Shown one piece after another: positions 18,125 through 29,823 of a DNA stretch of 35,575 nucleotides (position 1 is the stretch's first letter; each line of letters begins with the position of its first letter). A program made the position numbers and the translations under genes. The notes under the pieces are model-generated. The model worked only from the letters and a program-made list of their open reading frames with translations, did not search any database and was not told the DNA's origin. Source of the stretch: an uncultured Actinomycetes bacterium (lineage in GTDB: Bacteria > Actinomycetota > UBA4738 > HRBIN12). Location: assembly GCA_963704885.1 (NCBI GenBank), contig CAVPIB010000011.1, positions 1-35,575 on the forward strand, read 5' to 3'.

Positions 18125-18139
18125 TACCTCAGGGGGGTA
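18125..18139. promoter_or_regulatory. CsoR operator 2
   Basis: TACCTCAGGGGGGTA, near copy of operator 1, upstream of csoR. Confidence 0.75.
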
Positions 18140-18180
18140 CCGCTTGTCCCCACGCTCGCGATAGACGAAAGAGGTGAGTC

Positions 18181-18456
18181 ATGGTCGGCTACTCGATGAA
18201 CAAGAAAGACCTCCAGGACCGTCTGCGACGGATCGAGGGACAGGTCCGCGGGCTCCAGAGGATGGTCGACGATGACACTTACTGCATCGACATCCTGACG
18301 CAGATGAGCTCGATCACCGCAGCGTTGAAGGCCGTGGGTATGGGACTGCTGGACGGGCATGTGCGCCACTGCGTGACGGAGAGCATCGAGCAGGGCAGAG
18401 GAGACGAGAAGGTCGAGGAGCTCATGGCAGCGGTTGCACGTCTGGCCGGGAGGTAG
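18181..18456 (+). CDS. csoR: Copper-sensing repressor CsoR
   Basis: [25 protein letters not shown] (C-H-C ligand set). Confidence 0.95.
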   Translation: MVGYSMNKKDLQDRLRRIEGQVRGLQRMVDDDTYCIDILTQMSSITAALKAVGMGLLDGHVRHCVTESIEQGRGDEKVEELMAAVARLAGR

Positions 18457-18460
18457 AGCG

Positions 18461-20614
18461 ATGGAGGTGACCACCGATCATGAGGTGATCCTCGATATCG
18501 AGGGCATGACCTGTGCCTCGTGCGTCAACAAGGTGGAGAAGGCACTCGCCAGCGTCGATCACGTCGAGGCGGCTGCGGTGAACCTCACCAACCGGACCGC
18601 GATCGTGCGCTCGGGGACGGCCCCCAGCGTCGACAGGTTGGTACGCGCCGTGAATGACGTCGGGTACGGTGCGTCGCCGCATGGAGCCGCCGCGTCCTCG
18701 AACGATGAGACGAAGGCCTACGTCCGGCGACTGATCGTAGCGACGATCTTCACGGTGCCCGTGGTGGTCTTGAGCTTCGCTTATCCCGATGCGACGTGGA
18801 GCATGCGCCTGGCGGGTCTGCTTACCATCCCTGTGGTTTTCTACGCGGGCTGGCCGTTCTTCCGTTCCGCACTGCGGGCAGCTAGACACGGGACGACCAC
18901 CATGGACACCCTGGTTGCCCTGGGCTCGGCGGCAGCGTTCGGCTACAGCGCCTACCTGTTGGCTACCGGCGGGGAAGGTCACTACTTCGACACCGCCGCC
19001 GTCATCGTCACGCTGATCCTGGTCGGGAAGACCCTTGAGGCGCGTGCACGGGCGAGCGCCGGAGACGCGTCGCGGACCCTGCTGGAGCGGGGTGCCAAGG
19101 AGGCGACCGTCTTGGTCGACGGGGCGGAGCGCCGCGTGGCGATCGAGGATGTGTACCCGGGGATGCTCTTGGTCGTCCGGCCGGGTGAGAAGATCCCCGC
19201 CGACGGTGTCGTCAAAGAGGGAACGTCGTGGGTCGATCTCTCCATGCTCACCGGCGAGTCGGTGCCCGTGGACGTCCACCCGGGAAGCGAGGTAGTGGGC
19301 GCGTCGATCAACGGTCACGGGAGACTGATCGTCTTCGTGACGAAGGTCGGCGCCAACACGAAGCTAGCGGAGATCGTTCGGTTGCTGGAAGCCGCGCAGG
19401 GCTCGAAGGCGCCGGTGCAACGCCTCGTAGATCGGGTCTCGTCGGTGTTCGTGCCCACGGTGATCGTGGTGGCGTTCGCCACCTTCGCCGGCTGGTATCT
19501 GGTGGGAGATGCCACGCCGGGTCAGGCGCTCCTGAACGCCGTCGCGGTGATCCTGATCGCCTGTCCTTGCGCTCTGGGCCTGGCTACCCCGGCCGCGATC
19601 ATGGCCGGGACCGGCCGGGCCGCCGAGCTCGGGATCTTGTTCAAGGGTGGTGAGGTGTTCGAGTCGGCGCGGCATGTTGACACCGTGCTGCTTGACAAGA
19701 CCGGGACGGTCACGGAGGGCGCCATGCGTCTGGCCGAGGTCGTTCCCGCCGAGGGAGCGACGTCCGAGCAGGTGCTCAGGCTGGCCGCTGCTGTGGAGTC
19801 AGGCTCAGAGCACCCGATCGCGACTGCGGTGGTTGCCGGCGCGCGGGACCGAGACCTCGTTGTTCCGGTGGCGGTCGATCATCAGACCCGGCCCGGCGCT
19901 GGGGCGTCGGCATCGGTCGACGGCGATGCCGTGCAGGTGGGTCGGCCGGAAAGACTGTCTGCCGGTATGGCCGCGGAGGCCGAACGGCTGGCTGGCTCGG
20001 GTTCGACACCGTTCGCGGTGAAGGCGGATGGTCGGGTGATCGGACTCATCAGCGTGTCCGACCGCGTGAAGCCCGAGGCGCCGCGGGCGGTCGCCCATCT
20101 GCGAGCCATGGATCTGGACGTGGCCATGGTGACCGGCGATCGGCAGACGACGGGATCGGCTATAGCCGCGGCCGCAGGGATCGAGCGGGTCCTGGCCGAG
20201 GTCTACCCCGACGCGAAGGTCGCCGAGGTCGCGCGCCTCCAGGCTGAGGGTCACCGGGTCGTTTTCGTTGGAGACGGCATCAACGACGCGCCGGCACTGG
20301 TCCAGGCCGATCTGGGGATCGCCGTCGGGACAGGCACCGACGTGGCCATACAGGCCGCCGACGTCACCCTCCTGGGCAGCAGCATCGAGGGTGCTGCCGA
20401 CGCCCTCGAGATGGCTCGGCGTACCTATCGGGTCATCGAACAGAACCTCTTCTGGGCGTTCTCCTACAACGTCGTGATGATCCCGCTCGCGGTCCTGGGG
20501 CTGCTCACGCCCGCGTGGGCGGCGGCGGCGATGGCCGCCTCCAGCGTGAGCGTCGTCCTGAACGCCCTCCGGCTCAGGCGATTCGGGCGATCGTCCCGTA
20601 CGCTTGAACCATGA
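18461..20614 (+). CDS. copA: Cu(I)-translocating P1B-type ATPase
   Basis: GMTCASC HMA domain, [26 protein letters not shown] and MAASS TM motifs; start ATG 18461. Confidence 0.96.
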   Translation: MEVTTDHEVILDIEGMTCASCVNKVEKALASVDHVEAAAVNLTNRTAIVRSGTAPSVDRLVRAVNDVGYGASPHGAAASSNDETKAYVRRLIVATIFTVPVVVLSFAYPDATWSMRLAGLLTIPVVFYAGWPFFRSALRAARHGTTTMDTLVALGSAAAFGYSAYLLATGGEGHYFDTAAVIVTLILVGKTLEARARASAGDASRTLLERGAKEATVLVDGAERRVAIEDVYPGMLLVVRPGEKIPADGVVKEGTSWVDLSMLTGESVPVDVHPGSEVVGASINGHGRLIVFVTKVGANTKLAEIVRLLEAAQGSKAPVQRLVDRVSSVFVPTVIVVAFATFAGWYLVGDATPGQALLNAVAVILIACPCALGLATPAAIMAGTGRAAELGILFKGGEVFESARHVDTVLLDKTGTVTEGAMRLAEVVPAEGATSEQVLRLAAAVESGSEHPIATAVVAGARDRDLVVPVAVDHQTRPGAGASASVDGDAVQVGRPERLSAGMAAEAERLAGSGSTPFAVKADGRVIGLISVSDRVKPEAPRAVAHLRAMDLDVAMVTGDRQTTGSAIAAAAGIERVLAEVYPDAKVAEVARLQAEGHRVVFVGDGINDAPALVQADLGIAVGTGTDVAIQAADVTLLGSSIEGAADALEMARRTYRVIEQNLFWAFSYNVVMIPLAVLGLLTPAWAAAAMAASSVSVVLNALRLRRFGRSSRTLEP

Positions 20615-21414
20615 GCATCACCGAGCAGCACGTCGTCGAAGTCACCGACCAAGACTTCGAACAGGTCGTGGTCGAGGGTTCCAAGGCGCGCCCGGTGGTC
20701 GTGGACCTTTGGGCCGCCTGGTGTGGTCCGTGCCGGACCCTCGGCCCGATCTTGGAGAAGGTGGCGAGCGAGCGCGAGGGCGCCTTCCTTCTGGCGAAGC
20801 TGGATATCGATGCCAACCAGGTAGGCAACGCCTTGCTGCAGGCCGTCAAGAGCCAGGGCATCCCGACGGTCGTGGCGTTCAGCGGCGGCGAGCCGGTCAG
20901 CATGTTCATCGGTGCGTACCCCGAACAGGAGGTGAACGCGTTCATCGACGCGATCCTGCCTTCGGAGGCGGAGATCGTGGCCGATGAAGCGCGGGTCGAG
21001 GAAGCATCTGGTGATCTTGAAAGCGCCGAGGCCGGGTACCGAGAGGCGCTCGTGAAGGAACCCGCCAACCGGGAAGCCGCCGTCGGACTGGCTCGACTGC
21101 TGGCCGAGCGCGGCGAGCTGGACGAGGCACGTGAGTTGATCGCCCCGCATCTCCCAGACGCCGAGGCCGAAAGCGTGGCATCGGCGATCCGGGTGGGCGA
21201 GTGGGGTGCGTTAGAGGGAGATGGACAGCTGGATTCCGCCAAGAGGCTGGCCGCACGAGGCAGCATCAGAGAAGCCCTCGAGGCGATGCTGGTGCTGCTC
21301 GGCGACGACCGTGACGGGGCGCGGGCCGCGATGGTCGACCTGTTCTCGGTTCTCGGCGACGACGACCCAGTCGTCATCGAGTTCCGACGCAAGCTGACGA
21401 ACGCCTTGTTCTGA
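20611..21414 (+). CDS. cnoX: Thioredoxin-TPR chaperedoxin (CnoX/YbbN family)
   Basis: [13 protein letters not shown], helical TPR-like C-terminus ending [10 protein letters not shown]; ATGA overlap with copA. Confidence 0.88.
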   Translation: MSITEQHVVEVTDQDFEQVVVEGSKARPVVVDLWAAWCGPCRTLGPILEKVASEREGAFLLAKLDIDANQVGNALLQAVKSQGIPTVVAFSGGEPVSMFIGAYPEQEVNAFIDAILPSEAEIVADEARVEEASGDLESAEAGYREALVKEPANREAAVGLARLLAERGELDEARELIAPHLPDAEAESVASAIRVGEWGALEGDGQLDSAKRLAARGSIREALEAMLVLLGDDRDGARAAMVDLFSVLGDDDPVVIEFRRKLTNALF

Positions 21415-21435
21415 AGATCTGAGACGAGGCCAGCT

Positions 21436-22176
21436 GTGGGTGTCCACGAGCGGATCCGAGATTGGTGGGATGCAGACGCGGCCACCTACGACGCCTCGGC
21501 GGGTCACGCGCTGTCCGACGCCGTCGAGCGCGCCGCCTGGCGAGCCGTACTCGAACGGGCGCTGCCCGCTCCGCCCTCTCGTGTCTTGGACGTCGGGACC
21601 GGGACCGGCGCGCTCGCGCTCTTGGCGGCCGAGCTCGGCCACCGGGTCACAGGGGTGGACCTGTCGGCAGGCATGCTGGCGAAGGCCCGCGAGAAGGCCG
21701 CGACCGCCGGTCTGGAGATCTCCTTCGTGGAGGGTGCCGCAGCATCGCCACCTGAGGGTCCGTTCGATGCCGTGATGGAGCGTCACGTCCTCTGGACGCT
21801 ACCGGACCCCGTGGCCGCACTGGAAGGCTGGAGGTTGCAGGTCGTCCCCGGTGGCCGGTTGGCGGTCTTCGAGGGTTCCTGGGGCGGTGAGGGCCCGTTC
21901 GTCGAACTCAAGGACGCGGCCTCTGAGTTCCTGCGGAAGGCGCTTGGGTCCGAAGACGACCACCACAGGCCTTATCCGCCCGAGGTGTTGGAGCATCTAC
22001 CGCTTCGAAGAACCAGTTCGCCGGCGCCGTTCATCGCCGCCATCCAGGAGGCGGGATGGACCCGCGTCTGCATCGCGCGGCTGCGCGACGTGGAGTGGGC
22101 CGCGGAGCAGCGCGATCTGTGGCCGTTGGGGTGGCTGCGGAGACGTCCTCGCTACGCGTTGATCGCCGACGCCTGA
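21436..22176 (+). CDS. Class I SAM-dependent methyltransferase
   Basis: VLDVGTGTG, VTGVDLS..ML, FDAV..RHVLWTLPDP, PGGRL. Confidence 0.9.
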   Translation: MGVHERIRDWWDADAATYDASAGHALSDAVERAAWRAVLERALPAPPSRVLDVGTGTGALALLAAELGHRVTGVDLSAGMLAKAREKAATAGLEISFVEGAAASPPEGPFDAVMERHVLWTLPDPVAALEGWRLQVVPGGRLAVFEGSWGGEGPFVELKDAASEFLRKALGSEDDHHRPYPPEVLEHLPLRRTSSPAPFIAAIQEAGWTRVCIARLRDVEWAAEQRDLWPLGWLRRRPRYALIADA

Positions 22177-22407
22177 GTCTGCATCGCCCGGAGTTACCTC
22201 GTTGGAGAGGACTAGCTTGGCAACCTGGTCCACCGTGACGTTGTCGAGGTTCGCCGCCCAAGCCCTCCGGTTTCCCTCGTCGCCAGCCAGGAACTGTCAC
22301 GGCGCCGAGCGATCTCATCTCACGGTCAAAGATGACCGGAAGACGGCTACCTCGGCTCCTGCAGCTTAATGTGGGCCGCGGTCCCATCAGCCTTCGATCC
22401 ACCTAGG

Positions 22408-23450
22408 TCACGGCACTGTGACGACTCTAGTCGTGAGCTTGAACCTGCCCCACGCGTCGGTGAGCGTGAGCGTCACGTTGTAGCGGACCGCCGCCGGGAA
22501 CGTGTGTGACGGGGCCGGCGCAGTGCTGGTCGGCGTGCCGTCACCGAAGTTCCACAGGTAGGTGAACGGGTCACCGTTCGGGTCGGCCGAGCCCGCACTC
22601 GACATGCTGCACACGCGCGCGACGCACGACGGCGTGCCGATGACCGGAACCGGCGCCACGTTGGTCGCCGGCTCGGCGATCGTGACGAGCCGTGTCGTGC
22701 TGGCGAAGTCACCCCACACGTCGGTGACGGTCAGCGTGACGGTGTAGGCACCGTCGGCCGGATACGTGAAGGTCGGGGCAGACGACGTGCTGGTCGTCGT
22801 CCCGGATCCGAACGTCCACAGGTAGGTGAATGCGTCGCCGTTCGGGTCGGACGAGGCCGTCACCGAAGAGGTGCACGTCCGTGCGACGCACACCGGCGCG
22901 CCGATCACCGGGACCGGCGGCAGGTTGGTAGCCGGCTCGGCGATCGTGATGAGCCGCGTCGTGCTGGCGGGATCGCCCCACCCGTCGGTGACGATGAGCG
23001 TGACCGTGTAGGTGCCGTCGGCCGGGAACGTGTGCGACGAGGATGACGACGTGCTGGTCGGTGTGCCGTCACCGAAGTTCCACAGGTAGGTGAACGTGTC
23101 GCCGACGTTCGGATCGGCCGAGCCGACGCCGGAGATGTTGCACACCCGCGCCGCGCACGACGGCGGGTTGATCACCGGGACCGGCGGCAGGTTGCCAGCC
23201 GGCTCGACGATCGTGACCGTCTGCGAGACGGTGCCGACGTGAGTCCGTTCTCGTCGCGCACCGTCAGCGTCACCGTGTAGGCGTTCGGACTGGTGTACGT
23301 CCGGATCGGGACCGGGCCGAGCCGTTGCCGTTGCCGAAGTTCCACGAGTAGGTCAGCGTCGGGGCGTTCTCGTCGGTCGACGAGCGGCCGTCGAACGTGC
23401 AGACGTTCTGCACGCAGCTGTACGTGAAGTTGGCCACGGGCGGCAAGCTG
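22408..23450 (-). repeat. Four tandem PKD repeats, each with a Cys pair
   Basis: Recurring TI.EPA.N.PPVPVI..P.C.AR.C...S.DPN.D.FTYLW.FG. Confidence 0.85.
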
Positions 23451-26400
23451 CGTCGTCGTGCCCGACACGGTCACGTTGCGCTGGCTCGGCACGGGGGTAG
23501 CGAAGCCGTGTTGGTCGACCCCACGAGCGAGGACCGTGTAGCTCCCCGGCGGGATCACCGGGGTCGTGTAGGAGAAGTTCGACCCCGGCGAGCCGGGGCT
23601 GTTCAAGAACGCCGTCCGATAGCTCACGGTGGTGCTGGTGAAGGCTCCCGTCGAGCTCATGTACTGGCCGAGGGCGTTCCTGATCGCCACCTCCGGCCTG
23701 GGCGATCTGCTGGTCGTCCTCGACCCGTCCGCTGACGAGGATCTGGCGATCCGTGAAGGCGGTGCCTTCGGTCGGCGCCAGCAGGTTCTCGGTGACGGTC
23801 GGCGGCAGGTCACCGGGGTACACGGGGTAGCGGGCCGTCGCCCCCGTGGTCGAGGGGTCCTGCTGGTCCGACGTGTCGTAGGCGAACGCGGTCACCTCGT
23901 AGTCGCCCTGCTGACGGCAGATCGATGGACAGGGTCCACGTCGTGCTGGTGGCGCCCGGGTTGGCCAGGGTCGCGTCGAGGAGCGCGTACGCCGCGGCCA
24001 GGGTGCCGTTGGGCTGGATGTAGCGGCTGCTGTCCCGGTCCCGGATCGTCAACCGGACAGCCGAGACGCCGATGTCGTCCGTCGCGGACCCGGCCAGGTC
24101 CAGATGCAGGACCGACACGTTGGGCTGGGTGCCGGTGACGTTGAGCAGTGCCATCGGGAAGGCGTCGCCCGGGACCTGGACGTTGATCGTCAGGTCGCCA
24201 CGGTTGGCCGTTCGACGTCGTCAGTCGAGGTCGTCGGTCGCCGACACCGTGAAGGTGTACGTGCCCGGCCGCAGGTTGAACGGAGTGGTGTAGGACCAGT
24301 TGTAGCTGCTTCCGGCTGAGGTTGCTCGTGGCGAGATGCGGCAGGCGCCGGCGATTCAGGCCGACGCCCCACGTGCAGTCGGACGCGAGGTTCTCCTGGG
24401 TCGTGCTGTTGCGCAGGCAGATCTCCACGAAGTTGAGGCCCTCGTCGTCCGTGGCGGTGCCCGAGAACGTCAACGGACTACCCGGCGACATCGTCAGCGG
24501 GGCCACGGCGGTCGGGGGCTCATCACCGACCGGCGTGGTGATCGTCACCGTCGGCGCGAGCGGCGGTGGCGCTCACGAGCCACGTTCGGTCCGCCTCGCG
24601 CAGGTCGGACTGGCCGGAGGTGTCGACCGCGGTCGCCTGCATCGTCCACTCGCCCTCGTACGGAACGGTCACCTCGTACGACCACGTCGCGTTCGTGGCG
24701 CCGACGACGTCGGGCAGGCACGCGGAACGTGTTGTAGGTCGGTGGCGGCGCTGCCGTCGTCCTGGAGGTAGCGATTCTGCGCGTCACGGAATCGTACGTG
24801 ATCGAGTTGATGCCGACGTCGTCCGTGAGCGGTGCCGGTGACGGTGAAGGTCGTGGTCGGGATCACGCTTCCGGAAGGCCCGTTGATGGACGTGTTCGGC
24901 GTCTCGTCGGCGAGGCCGAACGTCTCGATCTTCTTGGTGGCCTTCGCTGGGGTCGCTGCTTCCGTTGATCGCGAAAGTCCTGGCGCAGAAGCTGGATCCG
25001 ACGGTTGCCCGAGATCGTCAGGGGAAGCGACCAGGTGCGTCGACGTCGCGTTCGGGCGAGGCGAGGTTCACGACGATCGTGTTCCCTGCACCCCAGGTGG
25101 TCAGGTCGTCCTGAAGGTACTGGTTCGTGTCGCGGTCGCGCACCTCGAGCTGGACGCGCTGGACGCCGCTCGCAGCGGTGGCGGTGCCATCGACCACGAA
25201 CTCGACATCGGCCTCCTCCACCCGACCCTCGATCGGGTTGACGATGGTCGTCTCGTTCGGCGCCGGGCGCCGGGATGCTGTTGAAGTCGTAGAACGCGAC
25301 GCGCCCGACCGTGCTGCCGCCCTGCGTGCTGGCGTCACCGCCAGTGAAGAGGCCACGCGGGGTAACCAGCATCGCCTTGTTGCCCTCGAAAGAGTTGGAG
25401 CCGGGGTTGAAGCCATTCCATGGCCTTGCCGTGGCTGGGTCGACGGCACCGATGTGGTCGCGGATCACGATGTCGTCGCCGAGGCCGTAGCCCGCCAGGC
25501 CCTGGCCACGGCCGTAGCCGACGTTGTCAGCCCAGGCCACGGGTCCGGCGCGGTCGGCGACTCCATGTAGTTCATGTGGCCGCCGAGGTACACGGCGACC
25601 TCACTGATCGCGATCGAGTAGACGCTGTCGAAGCATCGCGAGATCCACAGCGGCTGGACGTTGTCGTTGCCGTCCATCGGGTACGCGACCGCGGTGTCGC
25701 TGATCGGCGGGCGGTCGCCGCCCGAGCCGCTGCTCACCACGAAGTACTGGTCGTTCGGTGCGATGTCACCCGTGTAGATCCGCTGATGCCACCGACGAAC
25801 GGCAGGTTGTCATCCCACAGCCTGGTGCGCCACGGGAGCAGTTGGTTGGTCTGGGTGTCGATCAGACCAACGCCGTAGCGGTCCTGGCCGGCGATCTGGC
25901 GCCCGGTGTGAACGACGAGCAGCTTCCTGCCGTCGTGGGAAAGCACGAGAGCCTGCACTGACGCTCGCCGTTCAGACGCCGATGCCCCCGGAGAGGTCGT
26001 TGACGAAACCTGTGACGACCGACCGGTGGTGGCGTTCAAGCGCGGCGAGGCTGACGCGGGCGGTGTCGTTGATCGTGCAGAACAGGCCGCCGACGTAGAC
26101 AGTGGTGTTCGTCGCCTCGACCGATGTCGCCGCCGAGTTCGCGTTCGCGGTGAAGCCCGTGATCGTGGCGCCCGTGGTCGGGTTGATCGAGACGATCTTG
26201 CGCTTGGTGACCCCGTTGACGGTGTTGAACCGGCCGACGACGAAGAGCTTGGTCCCGTCCGGGGAGGCTTCGATCTCGGTGACTCCGCCGCTGTCGAAAG
26301 TGGGCCGGAAGTTCGTGTCGATCAGGCCAGTGTCGATGTTGTACGACGCGAGGGAGGGCTGGTTGACCGTCGTCGTGTTGTTGGAAGTGTTGTTCTGGAT

Positions 26401-27522
26401 CGAGGTGAACGTCCCGGCGATGAACACCCGGTTCCCGATGTACTCGAGGTCGCCAGATCTCGCCAGTGGTGATCCTCGGGACATCGGTCCGCGGGATGTC
26501 GTAGGCAAGCCTGGTGTGCCCTGGCACCGGCTGCTGGCCGAGAGGAGGGGGAGAGGACACCGTGATCGGGAGCGAGGCCTGGCTCCTCGCACTGACGTTA
26601 GTCGGGCTCGCAGCGTCCAGTGCCTCGACCGTGTAGGTGTGGCTCGAGCCCGAGGCCAGGCCCGTGTCGGTGAACGAGGTGTCGGTGGTCGATCCGATTG
26701 AGGTCGCGGTACCGACTTCGAAGATGCGGTAGGTGATCGGGAGCGATGGTGGGGACGGGTCGGTCGAAGCTAACCACCCGATCTGGATCGAGCCGGGGGA
26801 CGGACTTGTGCCGGAGGGTCGGCCCGGAATGGTCGGGGCTGTGGTGTCGGCCGGTTGGCCCTCATCTCCCATCGCTTGGTCCAGCACCACGTGGTCGAAG
26901 TTGGCTGTGAACGTCTTGGCGGACGCGACACCGAGCTGGATCCTGCCCACGGGCGTGGTGCCCGTGTTGGCCTGCCAGGCGTCCACGATGCGGACGCCGT
27001 CTCGATAGAGGTCCCAGGTCGTGCTCGCTCCGACCGTGCCGCACAGCTCCACGTTGTGCCAACCCGAGCCCAGCGTCACGGATGAGTTGAACGTGGCGGG
27101 CGCGAAGTCCGAACGCAGACGCAGTGTTCCGTTGGAAGCCACGAACGCCTTCATGATGCCGCCGTTGGCCGCCGTCCGCAGACGGAACAGATCGATCCCG
27201 GAGCCCGAGGACAGGTTGACGTTCAGCACTCATGCAAACTTGATCGAGGGTCGAGCCTAACGTCAGGTACGCGAACGCGGACTGGCTCGTGACTTGGGCA
27301 CGGGCACTAGGTGCAGCTGGCAACCCGGTAGCGTTGTCGATCGTGAGCCGCGTGTTCGCGGTCCAGTTCGAGAAGTCCCCGCTAGTGAAGTCGTCGGAGA
27401 AGATCGGAGGGGCCGCGTATCGCCGCCGGCACGGCCATCAGCTGCAACGTCCCCGCGATCAGGGCCGTGAGCCCCAGCATCGAGATCGCCCTTCGTGCGT
27501 TGTGCGGCCGTCGTGCCCTCAT
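22408..27522 (-). pseudogene. Large (~1700 aa) secreted multidomain protein: signal peptide, ConA/LamG-like, FN3, beta-propeller, Ig-like repeats, four PKD domains; many frameshifts (errors or decay)
   Basis: Fragments of at least 14 tracked ORFs join into one Thr-rich protein: MRARR...LGLTALIAG signal, DTTAPT.P...FTDTGL FN3, VFIAGTF/LFVVGRF/VYVGGLF/VYLGGH blades, YLWNFGDG...HTF...G.Y.V.LTVTD PKD. Confidence 0.85.
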
Positions 27523-27556
27523 ATCCGATCTCCCCGGTCTCTGTTTCGATGAGTAT

Positions 27557-27712
27557 GTCGTTCCGACCGCCCACGGCAGCGATGCCGTGATCGGCGCAAC
27601 GACCCCAAGGGCATCTCGTACACCGTTGGGCGAAGCCTCGTCACATTGGGGGTGGTCGTCTCCCCTACGCGAGGAGTCCCCCAACGGGTCCATTGTGAGG
27701 GGTGAGAGCCTA
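27557..27712 (-). promoter_or_regulatory. Structured 5' leader of the large surface-protein gene
   Basis: Two long imperfect hairpins (27623-27687, 27557-27603) downstream of a TAGGCT -10 candidate near 27707-27712. Confidence 0.4.
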
Positions 27713-27765
27713 CAGCGTCCTCCCCCAAATGGCCGAATCTGGGCGGGACTTTAGACGTATGCGTC

Positions 27766-28510
27766 CTACTCGATCGCCGGACCGACCCCGCCGCCTCCGA
27801 CGCGTTCGCGGAACTCTTCCGCCTGGTCCGACCACCGGCGCCCATCGATCTGAGGGCGTGCGTTCGAGAGCGAGGTCGAAGACGTCCGCCAGATGCTTCT
27901 CAACGAGCGGCCGGACCTCCCGAACCGTCACGCGTCGCGCCGGCGAGCTCGCTCAAGGACGTGACGCCGTGGTCGGGTAAGCCACACGCCACGATGCCTT
28001 CGAACCAGGACAGATCCGTGTCGCAGTTCAGAGCGAAGCCGTGAAGCGTGATGCGGGCTCGCATGAGACGAACACCGATCGCGCATACCTTGCGGTCTCC
28101 CGACCACACGCCCGTCTGCACGTCCGGGCGACGGTGTATCTGGACGCCGATGTCGGCGGCAGCACGGATCACCACTTCCTCCATCCGTCGCAGATGCTCG
28201 GCCGCGTCGGGAGTCGAGCCGAGGTCCATGATGGGATAGCCCACGAGCTGTCCCGGTCCGTGGAACGTGAACGCGCCGCCGCGGTCGATCCGATGCGTCT
28301 CGACGCCACGCTTCAACATCTCCTCGTGCGACCAGAGCAACTCCTCCGGCTTCGCCCGTCTGCCACCCGTGAACACCGGAGCATGTTCGAGCAGGATCAC
28401 GGTGTCGGGGATCGCACCTTCGAGCCGTTGCTCGGCCAGCCGGTGCATCGCATCGTTGGCGGGGCCGTAGGGACCGCGTCTTCCCAGTGGATCAGCCGAC
28501 CAGGACGCAC
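27766..28510 (-). CDS. lipB: Lipoyl(octanoyl) transferase; frameshifts near both ends
   Basis: LLEH.PVFT.G, DRGG..T.HGPGQLVGYPI, TGVW...KV.AIG, LHGFALN, IVACGL; C-terminus continues in another frame (TVREVRPLVEKHLADVF); both ends inferred. Confidence 0.9.
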
Positions 28511-28513
28511 GAG

Positions 28514-29804
28514 CTAGCACACCAAGGTCTTCGGCGAAGTCCCAGGTCTCCAGGTTCTCTTTCACCCGGCCCAGGAACTGCGATGCGAGCGCGCCGTCGA
28601 TCACGCGGTGGTCCCAAGACATCGAGATGTAGACCATGTGTCGGATCGCGATCGCGTCGTCGATCACCACAGGCCGCTTCTCGATCGCGTCGAACGCCAG
28701 GATCGCGGTGTTCGGCGTGTTGATGATCGGTACCGACATGATCGATCCGAACGGGCCGGGGTTCGTGATCGAGAACGTCGATCCCTGCACCTCATCTGGG
28801 AGCAGCTTCTTCGCGCGCGCCCGCGTGGCCAGATCGTTCACGGCGCGCGCGATCCCGGCCAGGTTCATGGTGTCGGCGCCCTTCACCACGGGGACGATCA
28901 GTCCGTCCTCGTAGGAGACGGCGATCCCCATGTTCACGGTATGGCGGACGATCAGCTCCTCGCCGCGGAGCTCGGCATTGACCATCGGGAAGGCCAAGAG
29001 GGCATCGGTTACGGCACGGGCCACGAACGGTGTGTACGTGAGGTTGAAGCCCTCCCGCGCGGCGAACACCTCCTTGCTGCGCTCCCGGAGGCGGACCACG
29101 GCCTCCATGTTGACCTCGACCATGTTCCAAGCGCGTGCCGTCGTCTGGAGTGAGCCCAACATGTGGGAAGCGATCGCCTTGCGGATGTGTGACATCGGCA
29201 CGACCTCGTCGCCAGCTCCGGTGGCGGCGGGCGAAGGGACCGCCCGCAAGGCGGGCGCGGCCGAGGTGGCGGCGCCTTCGACTGCGGCCATCACATCCTT
29301 CTTGGTGATCCGCCCTCCCGTCCCTGTGCCGGTGATACCGGCCAGGTCGAGGTCGTGCTCCTCGGCCAGCTTCCGTACCAACGGAGAGAGGATCTGCGAG
29401 CGAGGTCCGCGATCAGGCAGCGACGCGGCGGTCGCCGCTATCGGGGCAGAGGGCGTTGGGGCGGAGGAGGACCCTGGAGGAACCTTGGCGCCGGCCGGGT
29501 CAGACGAACCCGAGGATGTCGCCGCGGAGGGATGGCCAGACGATGCCGCCGCTCCCGTCCCCGAGGCCTCACCCGAGTCGATCTCAGCCAGATGCGTTCC
29601 GACGGGTACGGTCTCGCCTTCGGCCACCAGGATCTTCGTAACCACACCAGTGACCGGCGACGGCACCTCGGTGTCGACCTTGTCCGTGGAGATCTCGAAC
29701 AGCGGCTCGTCGGTTTCGATCGATTCGCCCTCCTTCTTCAGCCACTTCAAGATGGTGCCCTCGATGATCGTCTCGCCGAGCTGCGGCATCTGGATGGATG
29801 TCAC
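28514..29804 (-). CDS. dlaT: Dihydrolipoamide acyltransferase E2 (DlaT/SucB-like), one lipoyl domain
   Basis: MPQLGE, STDKVDTE lipoyl-Lys, SPLVRKLA...GTGTGGRITKKDV E3-binding domain, DHRVIDG; the stop appears frame-shifted. Confidence 0.9.
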
Positions 29805-29823
29805 GTTTCCTCCCCCTCGCCCC

